In this document: positions 25,944 through 33,831 of the stretch, one piece after another | Layout: the number at the start of each line of letters is the position of its first letter | Numbering within the stretch: position 1 is the first letter of the stretch | Origin: Candidatus Omnitrophota bacterium | GTDB lineage: Bacteria; Omnitrophota; Gorgyraeia; Gorgyraeales; Gorgyraeaceae | Direction of reading: 5' to 3' | NCBI GenBank assembly: GCA_042570105.1 | Contig: JBHPHW010000001.1 | Location: 19,932-83,931 of the forward strand | Length of the DNA stretch: 64,000 nt | Translations under genes and position numbers: made by a program | The notes under the pieces: generated by a model | What the model was told of the DNA's origin: nothing | The model's database searches: none | The model's input: the letters and a program-made list of their open reading frames with translations, nothing else

Positions 25944-26282
25944 ATGAGATCAAGTGATTTTGCAGAGAAGAGGAGATTTAAAAGGTTAGATCTGTCTCTT
26001 CCTATGACACTCAGGCGTACTTCAGATAATGGGAAAGAAGAAGCCCAGGATGGAGTTACGATCAATGTGAGCTTTAATGGGGCATATGTAGTAGATATAG
26101 ATATAGGAAGCATAAAGCCCAATGATAGCTTACATATATCCCTATCAGTGCCAAGGGACGATACAAGGGATTTCCCATTTTCCCGTCTTACAGGAAAGGC
26201 AGAGGTAGTAAGGGTAGATAAAGATGGCCTTGCGCTTGAATTTACGGAAGATATAAATAGACTTTTTGTCGCTTCTAGCTGA
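25944..26282 (+). CDS. Single-domain PilZ (c-di-GMP-binding) protein.
   Basis: RxxxR (KRRFKRLDL) and (D/N)xSxxG (INVSFNGAYV) motifs; strong RBS ggaaggaggtg 6 nt upstream of ATG. Confidence 0.55.
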   Translation: MRSSDFAEKRRFKRLDLSLPMTLRRTSDNGKEEAQDGVTINVSFNGAYVVDIDIGSIKPNDSLHISLSVPRDDTRDFPFSRLTGKAEVVRVDKDGLALEFTEDINRLFVASS

Positions 26283-26316
26283 TTTTAAAATTTTTTAAAC
26301 TTAGAAGGATAGACAG

Positions 26317-27657
26317 ATGAGAGAGTCTCTCTATAAGAAAATTTGTCTTTTTTTTATACCTTGTTCATTCATTGTTTTTTTAAGTGTTTTTTTAGTCAGC
26401 TGTTCTTCTCAGGAAAAAGGTCCCGAGATAGAGACTATTACGATCTGGCACTGGATGAGTGATAGAGAAGATGCATTTTTGGAGCTTGCTAAAAAATATG
26501 AAGATGAAAAAGAGATAAGAATAAATTTTGAGCTTTACGCCCCCTCCGAGGCTTATACGCGAAAGATACGCGCAGCAGCCCAGACCAATACCTTACCTGA
26601 TATATTTGGGATCTTCGGAGAAAAAATAGACTTTGCAAGTTTTATAAAGGCAGGACATATTTATAACCTTACAGGCTATATGGATGAGGCTGAAGGCGAT
26701 TGGAGAAATAAGTTATTCAGTAAGGCCCTTGCACTCAATGAATTTAAAGTAGGGAATAGTTTTAATGTCGAGCCGGGGATATATGGAGCGCCGATAGATG
26801 TTACGAATATCCAGATGCTTTACAACAAGGATTTATTAAAAAATGTAGGTTGGACATCCCGCAGGCCTCCCGAGAGTTGGGGAGAATTTTTAGAAGTAAA
26901 CATGCTTCTTAAAGAAAAAGGTATTCAGGGCCTTGTGAGCGGTTGGGGAGAGACCTGGATGATAGATTGTTTTGCGTCTAACTACGCATTTAATATTATG
27001 GGTGAGGAAAAGGTGCTGGATACTATACGGGGAAGAGTCCCATATACGGATCCTGACTGGATAAGGGTCTTTGATCTATTTCGCCAGATGCGCGATGAAG
27101 GGGTTTTAGCAAGCGGTGTCGTGACGATGGTCAATAAGACCGCAGAGCAGCTTTTTTCAAATAATCGCGCGGCGTTTGCATTTAATGGATCATGGTGTGT
27201 AAATGTCTATCAGGGCATGAACCCTGATTTAAATTATGGGGCGATGATGCCTCCCAGGGTTTCAGATGATTTTCCAATGATGATCTGGGGAGGGGCAGGA
27301 TCTAGCTTTATGATAAATAAACGTTCTCCAAATAGAGAGAAGGCAATCGGATTTTTAAAATGGCTCACAGATACTGAGCAGCAAGTCTTTTTGGCCCAGG
27401 AAACACTAAACCTTCCTTCTAATAAAAATAGTTTGGGAAAGATATCGAATGTGCTCTCAGAGTTTGCAGATGATATGGATAATATTACGCATCGAAGCGC
27501 ATGGGAGGTAGCGGAATTTCCTATAGTGATAGAGACGTTTGATAAAGGGATTCAGTCTATCATAATAGGCGAAAAGACCCCGGAGGAGTTGGCGTCCGAG
27601 GTTCAGGCAATAAAAGAAAGGGAGCTAAGGAAGGTTCAGGGTAAAAGGACACTATGA
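26317..27657 (+). CDS. ABC transporter extracellular solute-binding lipoprotein (family 1, sugar/oligosaccharide type).
   Basis: Signal peptide with lipobox LVSC-SSQ. Length and composition typical of SBP_bac_1 (MalE-like). Immediately followed by two MalFG-type permeases. Confidence 0.75.
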   Translation: MRESLYKKICLFFIPCSFIVFLSVFLVSCSSQEKGPEIETITIWHWMSDREDAFLELAKKYEDEKEIRINFELYAPSEAYTRKIRAAAQTNTLPDIFGIFGEKIDFASFIKAGHIYNLTGYMDEAEGDWRNKLFSKALALNEFKVGNSFNVEPGIYGAPIDVTNIQMLYNKDLLKNVGWTSRRPPESWGEFLEVNMLLKEKGIQGLVSGWGETWMIDCFASNYAFNIMGEEKVLDTIRGRVPYTDPDWIRVFDLFRQMRDEGVLASGVVTMVNKTAEQLFSNNRAAFAFNGSWCVNVYQGMNPDLNYGAMMPPRVSDDFPMMIWGGAGSSFMINKRSPNREKAIGFLKWLTDTEQQVFLAQETLNLPSNKNSLGKISNVLSEFADDMDNITHRSAWEVAEFPIVIETFDKGIQSIIIGEKTPEELASEVQAIKERELRKVQGKRTL

Positions 27658-28541
27658 GGACCAAATCCACTATTGAAAATTATCTTTTTATACTGCCCGC
27701 GGTATTGATATTTTCTATATTTTATATCTACCCTTTCTATAAAGTTTTTACACTTTCCCTGTGCCAATGGGATGGCATAATCTCTTTTAATTTTACCAAG
27801 CATTTTGTAGGCCTGAGAAATTTCAAGGAATTGATATTTGAGGACAAGGTTTGGTGGCAGGCAATGAGCCATGCCGGCTACATTACCCTCATTGCGCTCA
27901 CTTTTCAGAATGTCCTTGCGTTGGCATTGGCCTGGGCGTGCGATAGAGACATAAAAGGCGGTAATATTTACAGGGTGATATTTTATTTGCCTCCTGTCCT
28001 TTCTGCGGTAGTAGTAGGTCTAGTCTGGAGATGGATATATGACGGTAACTATGGGCTTTTAAATTACTGGCTTAATAATGTAGGGTTGTCTCATCTAGTA
28101 AGGGATTGGCTTTCAGACCCCAAGACTGCCTTGACATGCGTTGCGATAATACACTCGTGGAAGGGTTTTGGCTGGGGATTTATTATATTCCTGGCAGGAT
28201 TGCAGACCATACCTAGGCAGTTATATGAGGCTGCAAGAGTGGACGGGGCAAATTCATGGGAGATCTTTAAAAAATTAACCATACCTTTAATGATCCCTGT
28301 ATTTATATTAGTCTCGATCTTGACAATACTTGGCACGATGCAGGTCTTTGTTTTGATACTTTCCATGACAGGGGGCGGGCCCGGGTATCATACTGAGGTG
28401 CCTGTAACACGGATACTGACCTCTATGATAGGGTCTTCCAGGTTTGGGTATGCGTGTAGCCAGGGCATTATATTCGGGGCGATACTTTTAGTAGTATCAT
28501 TTATGCAGATCCGACTGTCAAAATATATGAATAAAGCGTGA
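27654..28541 (+). CDS. ABC sugar transporter permease (MalF/UgpA-like).
   Basis: 6 TM segments; EAA loop EAARVDGANSWEIFKKLTIPLM. Confidence 0.85.
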   Translation: MRTKSTIENYLFILPAVLIFSIFYIYPFYKVFTLSLCQWDGIISFNFTKHFVGLRNFKELIFEDKVWWQAMSHAGYITLIALTFQNVLALALAWACDRDIKGGNIYRVIFYLPPVLSAVVVGLVWRWIYDGNYGLLNYWLNNVGLSHLVRDWLSDPKTALTCVAIIHSWKGFGWGFIIFLAGLQTIPRQLYEAARVDGANSWEIFKKLTIPLMIPVFILVSILTILGTMQVFVLILSMTGGGPGYHTEVPVTRILTSMIGSSRFGYACSQGIIFGAILLVVSFMQIRLSKYMNKA

Positions 28542-29404
28542 ATAGAAGGACTAGCATGAGGGAAGGGACAAAATATAAAATAGAACGGTTTTTTAAGGAT
28601 TCATTGATACATGTATTTCTGATCAGTGTAGCGCTGACTTGTATCTTTCCTTTATTGTGGATGGTGGGTTCTGCGCTGAAGACACAAAAGACCGTATTTT
28701 CAGATATGAGCATAATCCCCGCTCATCCTGTCTGGAGCAATTTTTACCAGGCCTGGACAAAAGGCGGATTTGGTATGTATTTTCTCAACAGTGTGTTTTA
28801 CACTGTTTCGGTTGTTTTTGGGATAGTGATTGTCTCATCCCTGGCAGCCTTTGCATTTTCACGTCTGAAATTCCCTGGGAAAAATGTTCTCTTTTATATG
28901 TTTCTTGCGGCTATGATGATACCACTTCCCGGGAGCTTTGTCCCTCTTTATGTATTGATGACAAAGTTGCACCTTGTAAATACAAGGATAGGTTATATAT
29001 TGTGCATGATCAATGTGGGGCTTTCTTTTAGCATATATCTATTGAAGACATTTTTCGACAAGATGCCTCCTGCGCTTGAGGATGCTGCTCGTATAGATGG
29101 CTGTTCAAAGCTTGGCATCTGGTGGAATGTAGCGCTGCCTCTTGCCAGGCCCGCAATAGCAGTGATCGTGATATTTAATTCCTTGAATGTGTGGAATGAA
29201 TATATATTGGCAACACTGATTTTTTCATCCAAGTCTCTAATGCCTCTTCAGAGGGGCCTTATGATATTCCAGGGTACGCATATCACAAACTATCCTCTCT
29301 TGATGGCAGGCATTACAATAACAGTGCTTCCGATAATTTTAGTATATTTATTTATGCAGAAACATATTATTAAAGGCATAACAGCAGGGGTGACGGTTGG
29401 CTAA
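28538..29404 (+). CDS. ABC sugar transporter permease (MalG/UgpE-like).
   Basis: EAA loop EDAARIDGCSKLGIWWNVALPLARPAI; ATGA-type start/stop overlap with the preceding gene. Confidence 0.85.
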   Translation: MNRRTSMREGTKYKIERFFKDSLIHVFLISVALTCIFPLLWMVGSALKTQKTVFSDMSIIPAHPVWSNFYQAWTKGGFGMYFLNSVFYTVSVVFGIVIVSSLAAFAFSRLKFPGKNVLFYMFLAAMMIPLPGSFVPLYVLMTKLHLVNTRIGYILCMINVGLSFSIYLLKTFFDKMPPALEDAARIDGCSKLGIWWNVALPLARPAIAVIVIFNSLNVWNEYILATLIFSSKSLMPLQRGLMIFQGTHITNYPLLMAGITITVLPIILVYLFMQKHIIKGITAGVTVG

Positions 29405-31712
29405 TAGGACGTCTACAAAACCCGGACTTATTATAGGTTTAATATTACTTCTTTCGATGGCAGCTCTCTCGCGCTTTGGGCTATGTGAAACGGAAGAACT
29501 TTCTCCTAGTCAGATGTTGCTGCAGGCGTGGGATGCATGGGGCGCAAAGGACCATGAAAAGACTTTTTATTGGACGAATAAGTGCATAGAGTTGTATTCT
29601 GAAGAGGCTAAAAAGGAACAGGCATCTTTGACGGGTTTACCGAAGACTGAAGCGATACCCCAATATGAAGCCTTGAATTCAGTCGGGACAAGCTTTTTTA
29701 TTCAAGGGGAGGCGTGCCTTTCTAAAGGGAATAGAGAAGCAGCAAAAAAGGCCTTTACTATAGCCATAGAAGATTATAGTTTCGCTCAAAATTGGGATCC
29801 GCGTGGATGGTTCTGGAGCGTAAAAGAGAAGAGCGAAGCAAGCCTTGAAAAGCTTGAAGCGGAAAAAGAAGAACGAGTGAAAGAAAGGCCAAAAGTAATA
29901 AGACCAGCGACAAAGATATCACTTTATGATCCAGGGAAGGAGTATGTAGTTGATTACGGAAAATATGGATATTTTAAAGGAGCCGGGACTGATAAATATA
30001 GATATGTTGTAAAAGACCCGGAAGGGTTGGCTGAGGCAACAGGAGAAGGGATTTACCCAAACACATCTGGGGTTATCTGGGATCCTCGTTATCAAATAGT
30101 TAAAGAAAAAGGCAGGTTAGAAGGTAATCACTGGGATTTTGTAAATACGGATGATCTGGAAGCCAATTTTTATAAGTGGGCACAGGCGCCGGAAGCAAAG
30201 GGGGTGAAGCTTTTTTATACTGCCTTAGCCCTTGAACGTTCAGGCCTTATAAGGCATGCTATAAAGGCCTATTACGCCATAGTCGTGCATTTTCCTAAAT
30301 CAGTCGGCTGGACCTATTTTCACACGCCATGGTATATTGCTCAGGTAGCTATTGATAGGATTGATTATTTATTGAGGTATCATCCTGAACTAAATTTGGA
30401 ATTGAGGGGGGCTAAGGTATTTGTTGAAAATGGATTTGATAATAGCTTAACAAACGATAGATTTCTTGTAAATCCAGGGAGATTAGTTAGGATAAGTTTT
30501 TTTGAACGCATAAAAAGGAGTTTATTTAAGAATAGGCCAGTAAAAACAGGCAATGTAGTAAACGAGATAGGTGACGGAAGAGTGGATCTTGTAAAGTATA
30601 AGAATGGACACTGGCAGCTAAGGGTCGAAGGTAAGCCCTATATAATAAAAGGTATTGCTTATTCGCCGAGCAGGATAGGCGAGAGTCCTGATGAAGGCAC
30701 TTTAAAAGACTGGATGCAGGCAGATTATAATAATAATGGAAGGATAGACAGCGCTTATGACAGCTGGGTAGATAAAAATTACAACGATATACAGGATCCG
30801 GATGAAGAGGCTATAGGGGATTTTGAATTATTAAAAAGGATGCACTGTAACACCATGCGTCTTTATCATCATGCCTCAAATAAAGAACTTCTCAATGATC
30901 TATATGAGGAGTTCGGGATCATGGTGATCATGGGAGATCTATTGGGCGCATATACTGTAGGGTCTGGGGCAGACTGGTATGAAGGCACAGACTATGGAAA
31001 TCCTGAACATAGAAAAAACATGATGGAAAGCGTCCGGGGAATGGTAGAAGAGTTTAAGGATGAACCATATGTATTATTCTGGATGCTTGGGAATGAGAAT
31101 AATTATGGAGTCGCGAATAACTCAAAAGAGAACCCGGATTTATATTATGAGTTTGTCAATGAAGTCAGTAAGATGATAAAGTCTTTGGATCGAGACCATC
31201 CTGTTGCAGTATGCAGCGGTGATTTATTATTTCTGGATAAATTTGCTAAGCTTGCTCCGGATGTTGACATCTATGGTTCAAATGTATACAGGGGGAAATA
31301 CGGTTTTGGTAAAAGCTTCTGGGAAAATGTAAGGGATGTGAGTGACAAGCCTATCATGATCACAGAATATGGATGCCCGGCTTATATGTACGGCCGCTCA
31401 AGGACAGTCATAGAGGAAAGACAGGCCGAGTATCTGAGGGTTAACTGGGAGGAGATTGTTTATAATTCAGCAGGCCATAGGGGCGTTGGCAATTCAATAG
31501 GAGGTATACTTTTTGAATGGATAGATGAATGGTGGAAGTCATACGAACCATTGCTACACGATACAGCGAGTAATTGGGCGGGGCCGTTTCCTGATGGTTG
31601 GAATTATGAGGAATGGCTTGGGATAGTTGGGCAGGGTGATGGGGAGAGTAGTCCATTTTTGAGGCAGCTCAGAAAGGCATATTTTGTGTATCAGGAAATA
31701 TGGGAAGAATGA
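29397..31712 (+). CDS. Secreted clan GH-A (GH2-like TIM-barrel) glycoside hydrolase with an about 350-aa N-terminal extension.
   Basis: Signal peptide. Acid/base motif WMLGNENNYG and nucleophile motif MITEYGCPAY, spaced like GH2/GH5 (NE(P) ... TE(Y/F)G). Paralogue of 32625..33830. Confidence 0.6.
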   Translation: MANRTSTKPGLIIGLILLLSMAALSRFGLCETEELSPSQMLLQAWDAWGAKDHEKTFYWTNKCIELYSEEAKKEQASLTGLPKTEAIPQYEALNSVGTSFFIQGEACLSKGNREAAKKAFTIAIEDYSFAQNWDPRGWFWSVKEKSEASLEKLEAEKEERVKERPKVIRPATKISLYDPGKEYVVDYGKYGYFKGAGTDKYRYVVKDPEGLAEATGEGIYPNTSGVIWDPRYQIVKEKGRLEGNHWDFVNTDDLEANFYKWAQAPEAKGVKLFYTALALERSGLIRHAIKAYYAIVVHFPKSVGWTYFHTPWYIAQVAIDRIDYLLRYHPELNLELRGAKVFVENGFDNSLTNDRFLVNPGRLVRISFFERIKRSLFKNRPVKTGNVVNEIGDGRVDLVKYKNGHWQLRVEGKPYIIKGIAYSPSRIGESPDEGTLKDWMQADYNNNGRIDSAYDSWVDKNYNDIQDPDEEAIGDFELLKRMHCNTMRLYHHASNKELLNDLYEEFGIMVIMGDLLGAYTVGSGADWYEGTDYGNPEHRKNMMESVRGMVEEFKDEPYVLFWMLGNENNYGVANNSKENPDLYYEFVNEVSKMIKSLDRDHPVAVCSGDLLFLDKFAKLAPDVDIYGSNVYRGKYGFGKSFWENVRDVSDKPIMITEYGCPAYMYGRSRTVIEERQAEYLRVNWEEIVYNSAGHRGVGNSIGGILFEWIDEWWKSYEPLLHDTASNWAGPFPDGWNYEEWLGIVGQGDGESSPFLRQLRKAYFVYQEIWEE

Positions 31713-31763
31713 AAAGGAGGGGGTGATGGCGATATAGTTGAATAACGTAAAAGTTTAAAGGCA

Positions 31764-31816
31764 AAAGGTCTTTATAAGGTTGGCAGATTTCAATCTGCCT
31801 TTTATGAAAGACCTTT
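31764..31816 (+). terminator. Rho-independent terminator after the glycosidase gene. Inner 7-bp stem ggcagat/atctgcc with ttca loop and ttttat tail, nested in a longer imperfect hairpin aaaggtcttt...aaagaccttt.
   Basis: Read directly: aaaggtctttataaggttggcagatttcaatctgccttttatgaaagaccttt. Confidence 0.55.
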
Positions 31817-31887
31817 GTGACAAATAAGTAGGACAGACTTTAGTCTGTCAAAGACTAAAAAATAAAAAAAAGGAGGGAAAAGAAGTC

Positions 31888-32586
31888 ATGAGGAAGAGTT
31901 TAAGCTTTACATTTCTTATAATAATAGGAGTGGTGTTATTTAGTATAGCAAGCTGCGGCGGTTCTAGTGAAAGGCAGTTGGCAGATACTGATTCTGAGGA
32001 TGCGAGAGAATACGCTCAAGTAGAGGAAGAGCTATACGATACCCACGAGGAAGAAGAAGTTGTAAATAATTTTAAAACATTTCCGATTTACACTGATGCT
32101 AGATCTCCAGACAATCATTATATTGCTTCAGGATATATGGGGGATTCCGCTGATGTAAGTGTTGAAATGGCATCATTTGAGGAACCTCACTCTGGAACAA
32201 CTTGCATAAAGACAGTTTATGCGAATGCCATAAGTCAAGGTGCAAGATGGAGTGGAGTCTACTGGCAGAATCCAGCGAATAATTGGGGAGAGAGAGAGGG
32301 TGGTTTCGACCTTACAGGAGCGAGTAAGCTTACATTCTGGGTAAGGGGAGAAAAAGGCGGCGAAAGGATAGAAGAATTTAAAATGGGTGGATTGGCTGGC
32401 TTATATCCAGATTCGGATATAGCAGGTATAGGGCCTGTGCTTTTAACTAGCGAGTGGAAACAATACGAAATAGATTTAAGAGGCAAGGACCTGAGTTATA
32501 TCAGTGGTGGATTTGCCTGGGCAACTAATATAGATGTTAATCCAGATGGGGTTACTTTTTATCTGGACGATATAAGGTACGAATAA
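31888..32586 (+). CDS. Lipoprotein with putative beta-sandwich carbohydrate-binding (CBM-like) C-terminal domain.
   Basis: Lipobox IASC-GG. Acidic linker. C-terminal aromatic-rich GVYWQNPANNWGEREGGFDLTGASKLTFWVRGEKGG...TFYLDDIRYE, typical of CBM-like modules. RBS aaggagggaaaag upstream. Confidence 0.4.
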   Translation: MRKSLSFTFLIIIGVVLFSIASCGGSSERQLADTDSEDAREYAQVEEELYDTHEEEEVVNNFKTFPIYTDARSPDNHYIASGYMGDSADVSVEMASFEEPHSGTTCIKTVYANAISQGARWSGVYWQNPANNWGEREGGFDLTGASKLTFWVRGEKGGERIEEFKMGGLAGLYPDSDIAGIGPVLLTSEWKQYEIDLRGKDLSYISGGFAWATNIDVNPDGVTFYLDDIRYE

Positions 32587-32624
32587 ACTAGAAGTCTCTC
32601 TATAACTATCGGGAATGAGACGAT

Positions 32625-33830
32625 ATGAAGAAGATATTGATAGCTGTAGTTTGCCTTATGCTATTAGCGGGTTTTCTGTCTTTTTTTATATATAAGATTA
32701 GTTCAAAAAAGGTTTATATAAAAAAACTGGATCGTAAACGCTTTCAGTTAATAGTGGATAATAAGCCATATATAATCAAAGGTGTTGTATATAGTCCTGT
32801 GCCTATAGGGAAAGATCATGCGTATGATTTTTGGAGCGATACTTTAAGGCCGCACCTTTATGACGGGAAGCTTATGAAGGAGGCGGGAGTAAATACTATA
32901 AGGGTTTATCAGCCGGGGAAGGACTCTTTAAAGACGAAAAAGGTGATGCGAGAACTTTATGACAAATTTGGCATTCGAACAGGTATGGGCCACTGGCTTG
33001 GTTTTTGGGATAGTCCGAATTATGCAGATCCAGATTTCCGGGAAAGTGTAAAAAAAGATGTAGCGGAGATGATAAGGACATATAAGGATGAAAGAGGAGT
33101 GTTATTCTGGATACTTGGGAATGAGAACAATGTTTCTTTTTTTCGGGGGTCTCAGACGCTAAACTTCTGGACTACAAAAGAGATAGAAGATCTGGAAGAT
33201 CCATATTTAAAGAGAAAGGCAAGGGCTAAGATCTATTATTCATTTGTAAATGAAGTCAGTAAAATGGTTCACAAGATAGACCCTGATCGTCCTGTGGTAT
33301 TGGCGAACGCAGGGTTTGACGATATAGATGTAGCTAGTAAGGTTGCTCCAGATGTTGATATACTTGGTTGTTCGGTATACAAAGGCAAGACCTTTGGAAG
33401 TTTTTTTCGTGAGGTTAATAGGCTATTTAAAAGACCTGTCTTCATAACCGAATTTGGCTGTGATAGATATGACGCATTTTTAGGTAAGGAGGCCCAAGAA
33501 GTCCAAGCAGAATTTATCGGGGCGCAATGGAAGGAGATAGAGAAAAATACATTCAATGGCAATGGGGTTGGAAACAGTTTGGGCGGTTTTGTATTTGAAT
33601 GGACAGACGAATGGTGGAAGCTTAATCAGGACAATGAGGCCGGTTGGTATGTTCATGACACACAGGCAAGCTGGTCTAATGGCGCGTACTATTTTGACAT
33701 AAAGGCGCCTCAAAATTTTAACATAAATGAGGAATGGTGGGGGATATGTTCGCTGGAAAGAAAAGGAGACAAACTTGACGAACGTAGGCCCACCAAGGCA
33801 TACTTTACTCTAAAGGAGCTATGGAAGTAG
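32625..33830 (+). CDS. Clan GH-A (GH2-like TIM-barrel) glycoside hydrolase, short paralogue, N-terminally membrane-anchored.
   Basis: N-terminal TM/signal anchor. WILGNENN and FITEFGCDRY catalytic motifs. KPYIIKGVVYSPVPIG is shared with KPYIIKGIAYSPSRIG of the 771-aa paralogue. Confidence 0.6.
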   Translation: MKKILIAVVCLMLLAGFLSFFIYKISSKKVYIKKLDRKRFQLIVDNKPYIIKGVVYSPVPIGKDHAYDFWSDTLRPHLYDGKLMKEAGVNTIRVYQPGKDSLKTKKVMRELYDKFGIRTGMGHWLGFWDSPNYADPDFRESVKKDVAEMIRTYKDERGVLFWILGNENNVSFFRGSQTLNFWTTKEIEDLEDPYLKRKARAKIYYSFVNEVSKMVHKIDPDRPVVLANAGFDDIDVASKVAPDVDILGCSVYKGKTFGSFFREVNRLFKRPVFITEFGCDRYDAFLGKEAQEVQAEFIGAQWKEIEKNTFNGNGVGNSLGGFVFEWTDEWWKLNQDNEAGWYVHDTQASWSNGAYYFDIKAPQNFNINEEWWGICSLERKGDKLDERRPTKAYFTLKELWK

Positions 33831-33831
33831 G

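Noticed and set aside
28639-29031. 130-aa + strand ORF overlapping the second ABC permease in another frame
   Set aside because: It is embedded in a well-supported permease gene (EAA motif, TM helices). The alternative frame is Cys/Trp-rich nonsense without start context.
31831-31850. Second hairpin gacagac-ttta-gtctgtc as a terminator
   Set aside because: It is followed by an A-run on the + strand and preceded by a T-run on the - strand, so it fits an intrinsic terminator in neither orientation. It is possibly an RNA structure in the 5' UTR of the lipoprotein gene, but unsupported.
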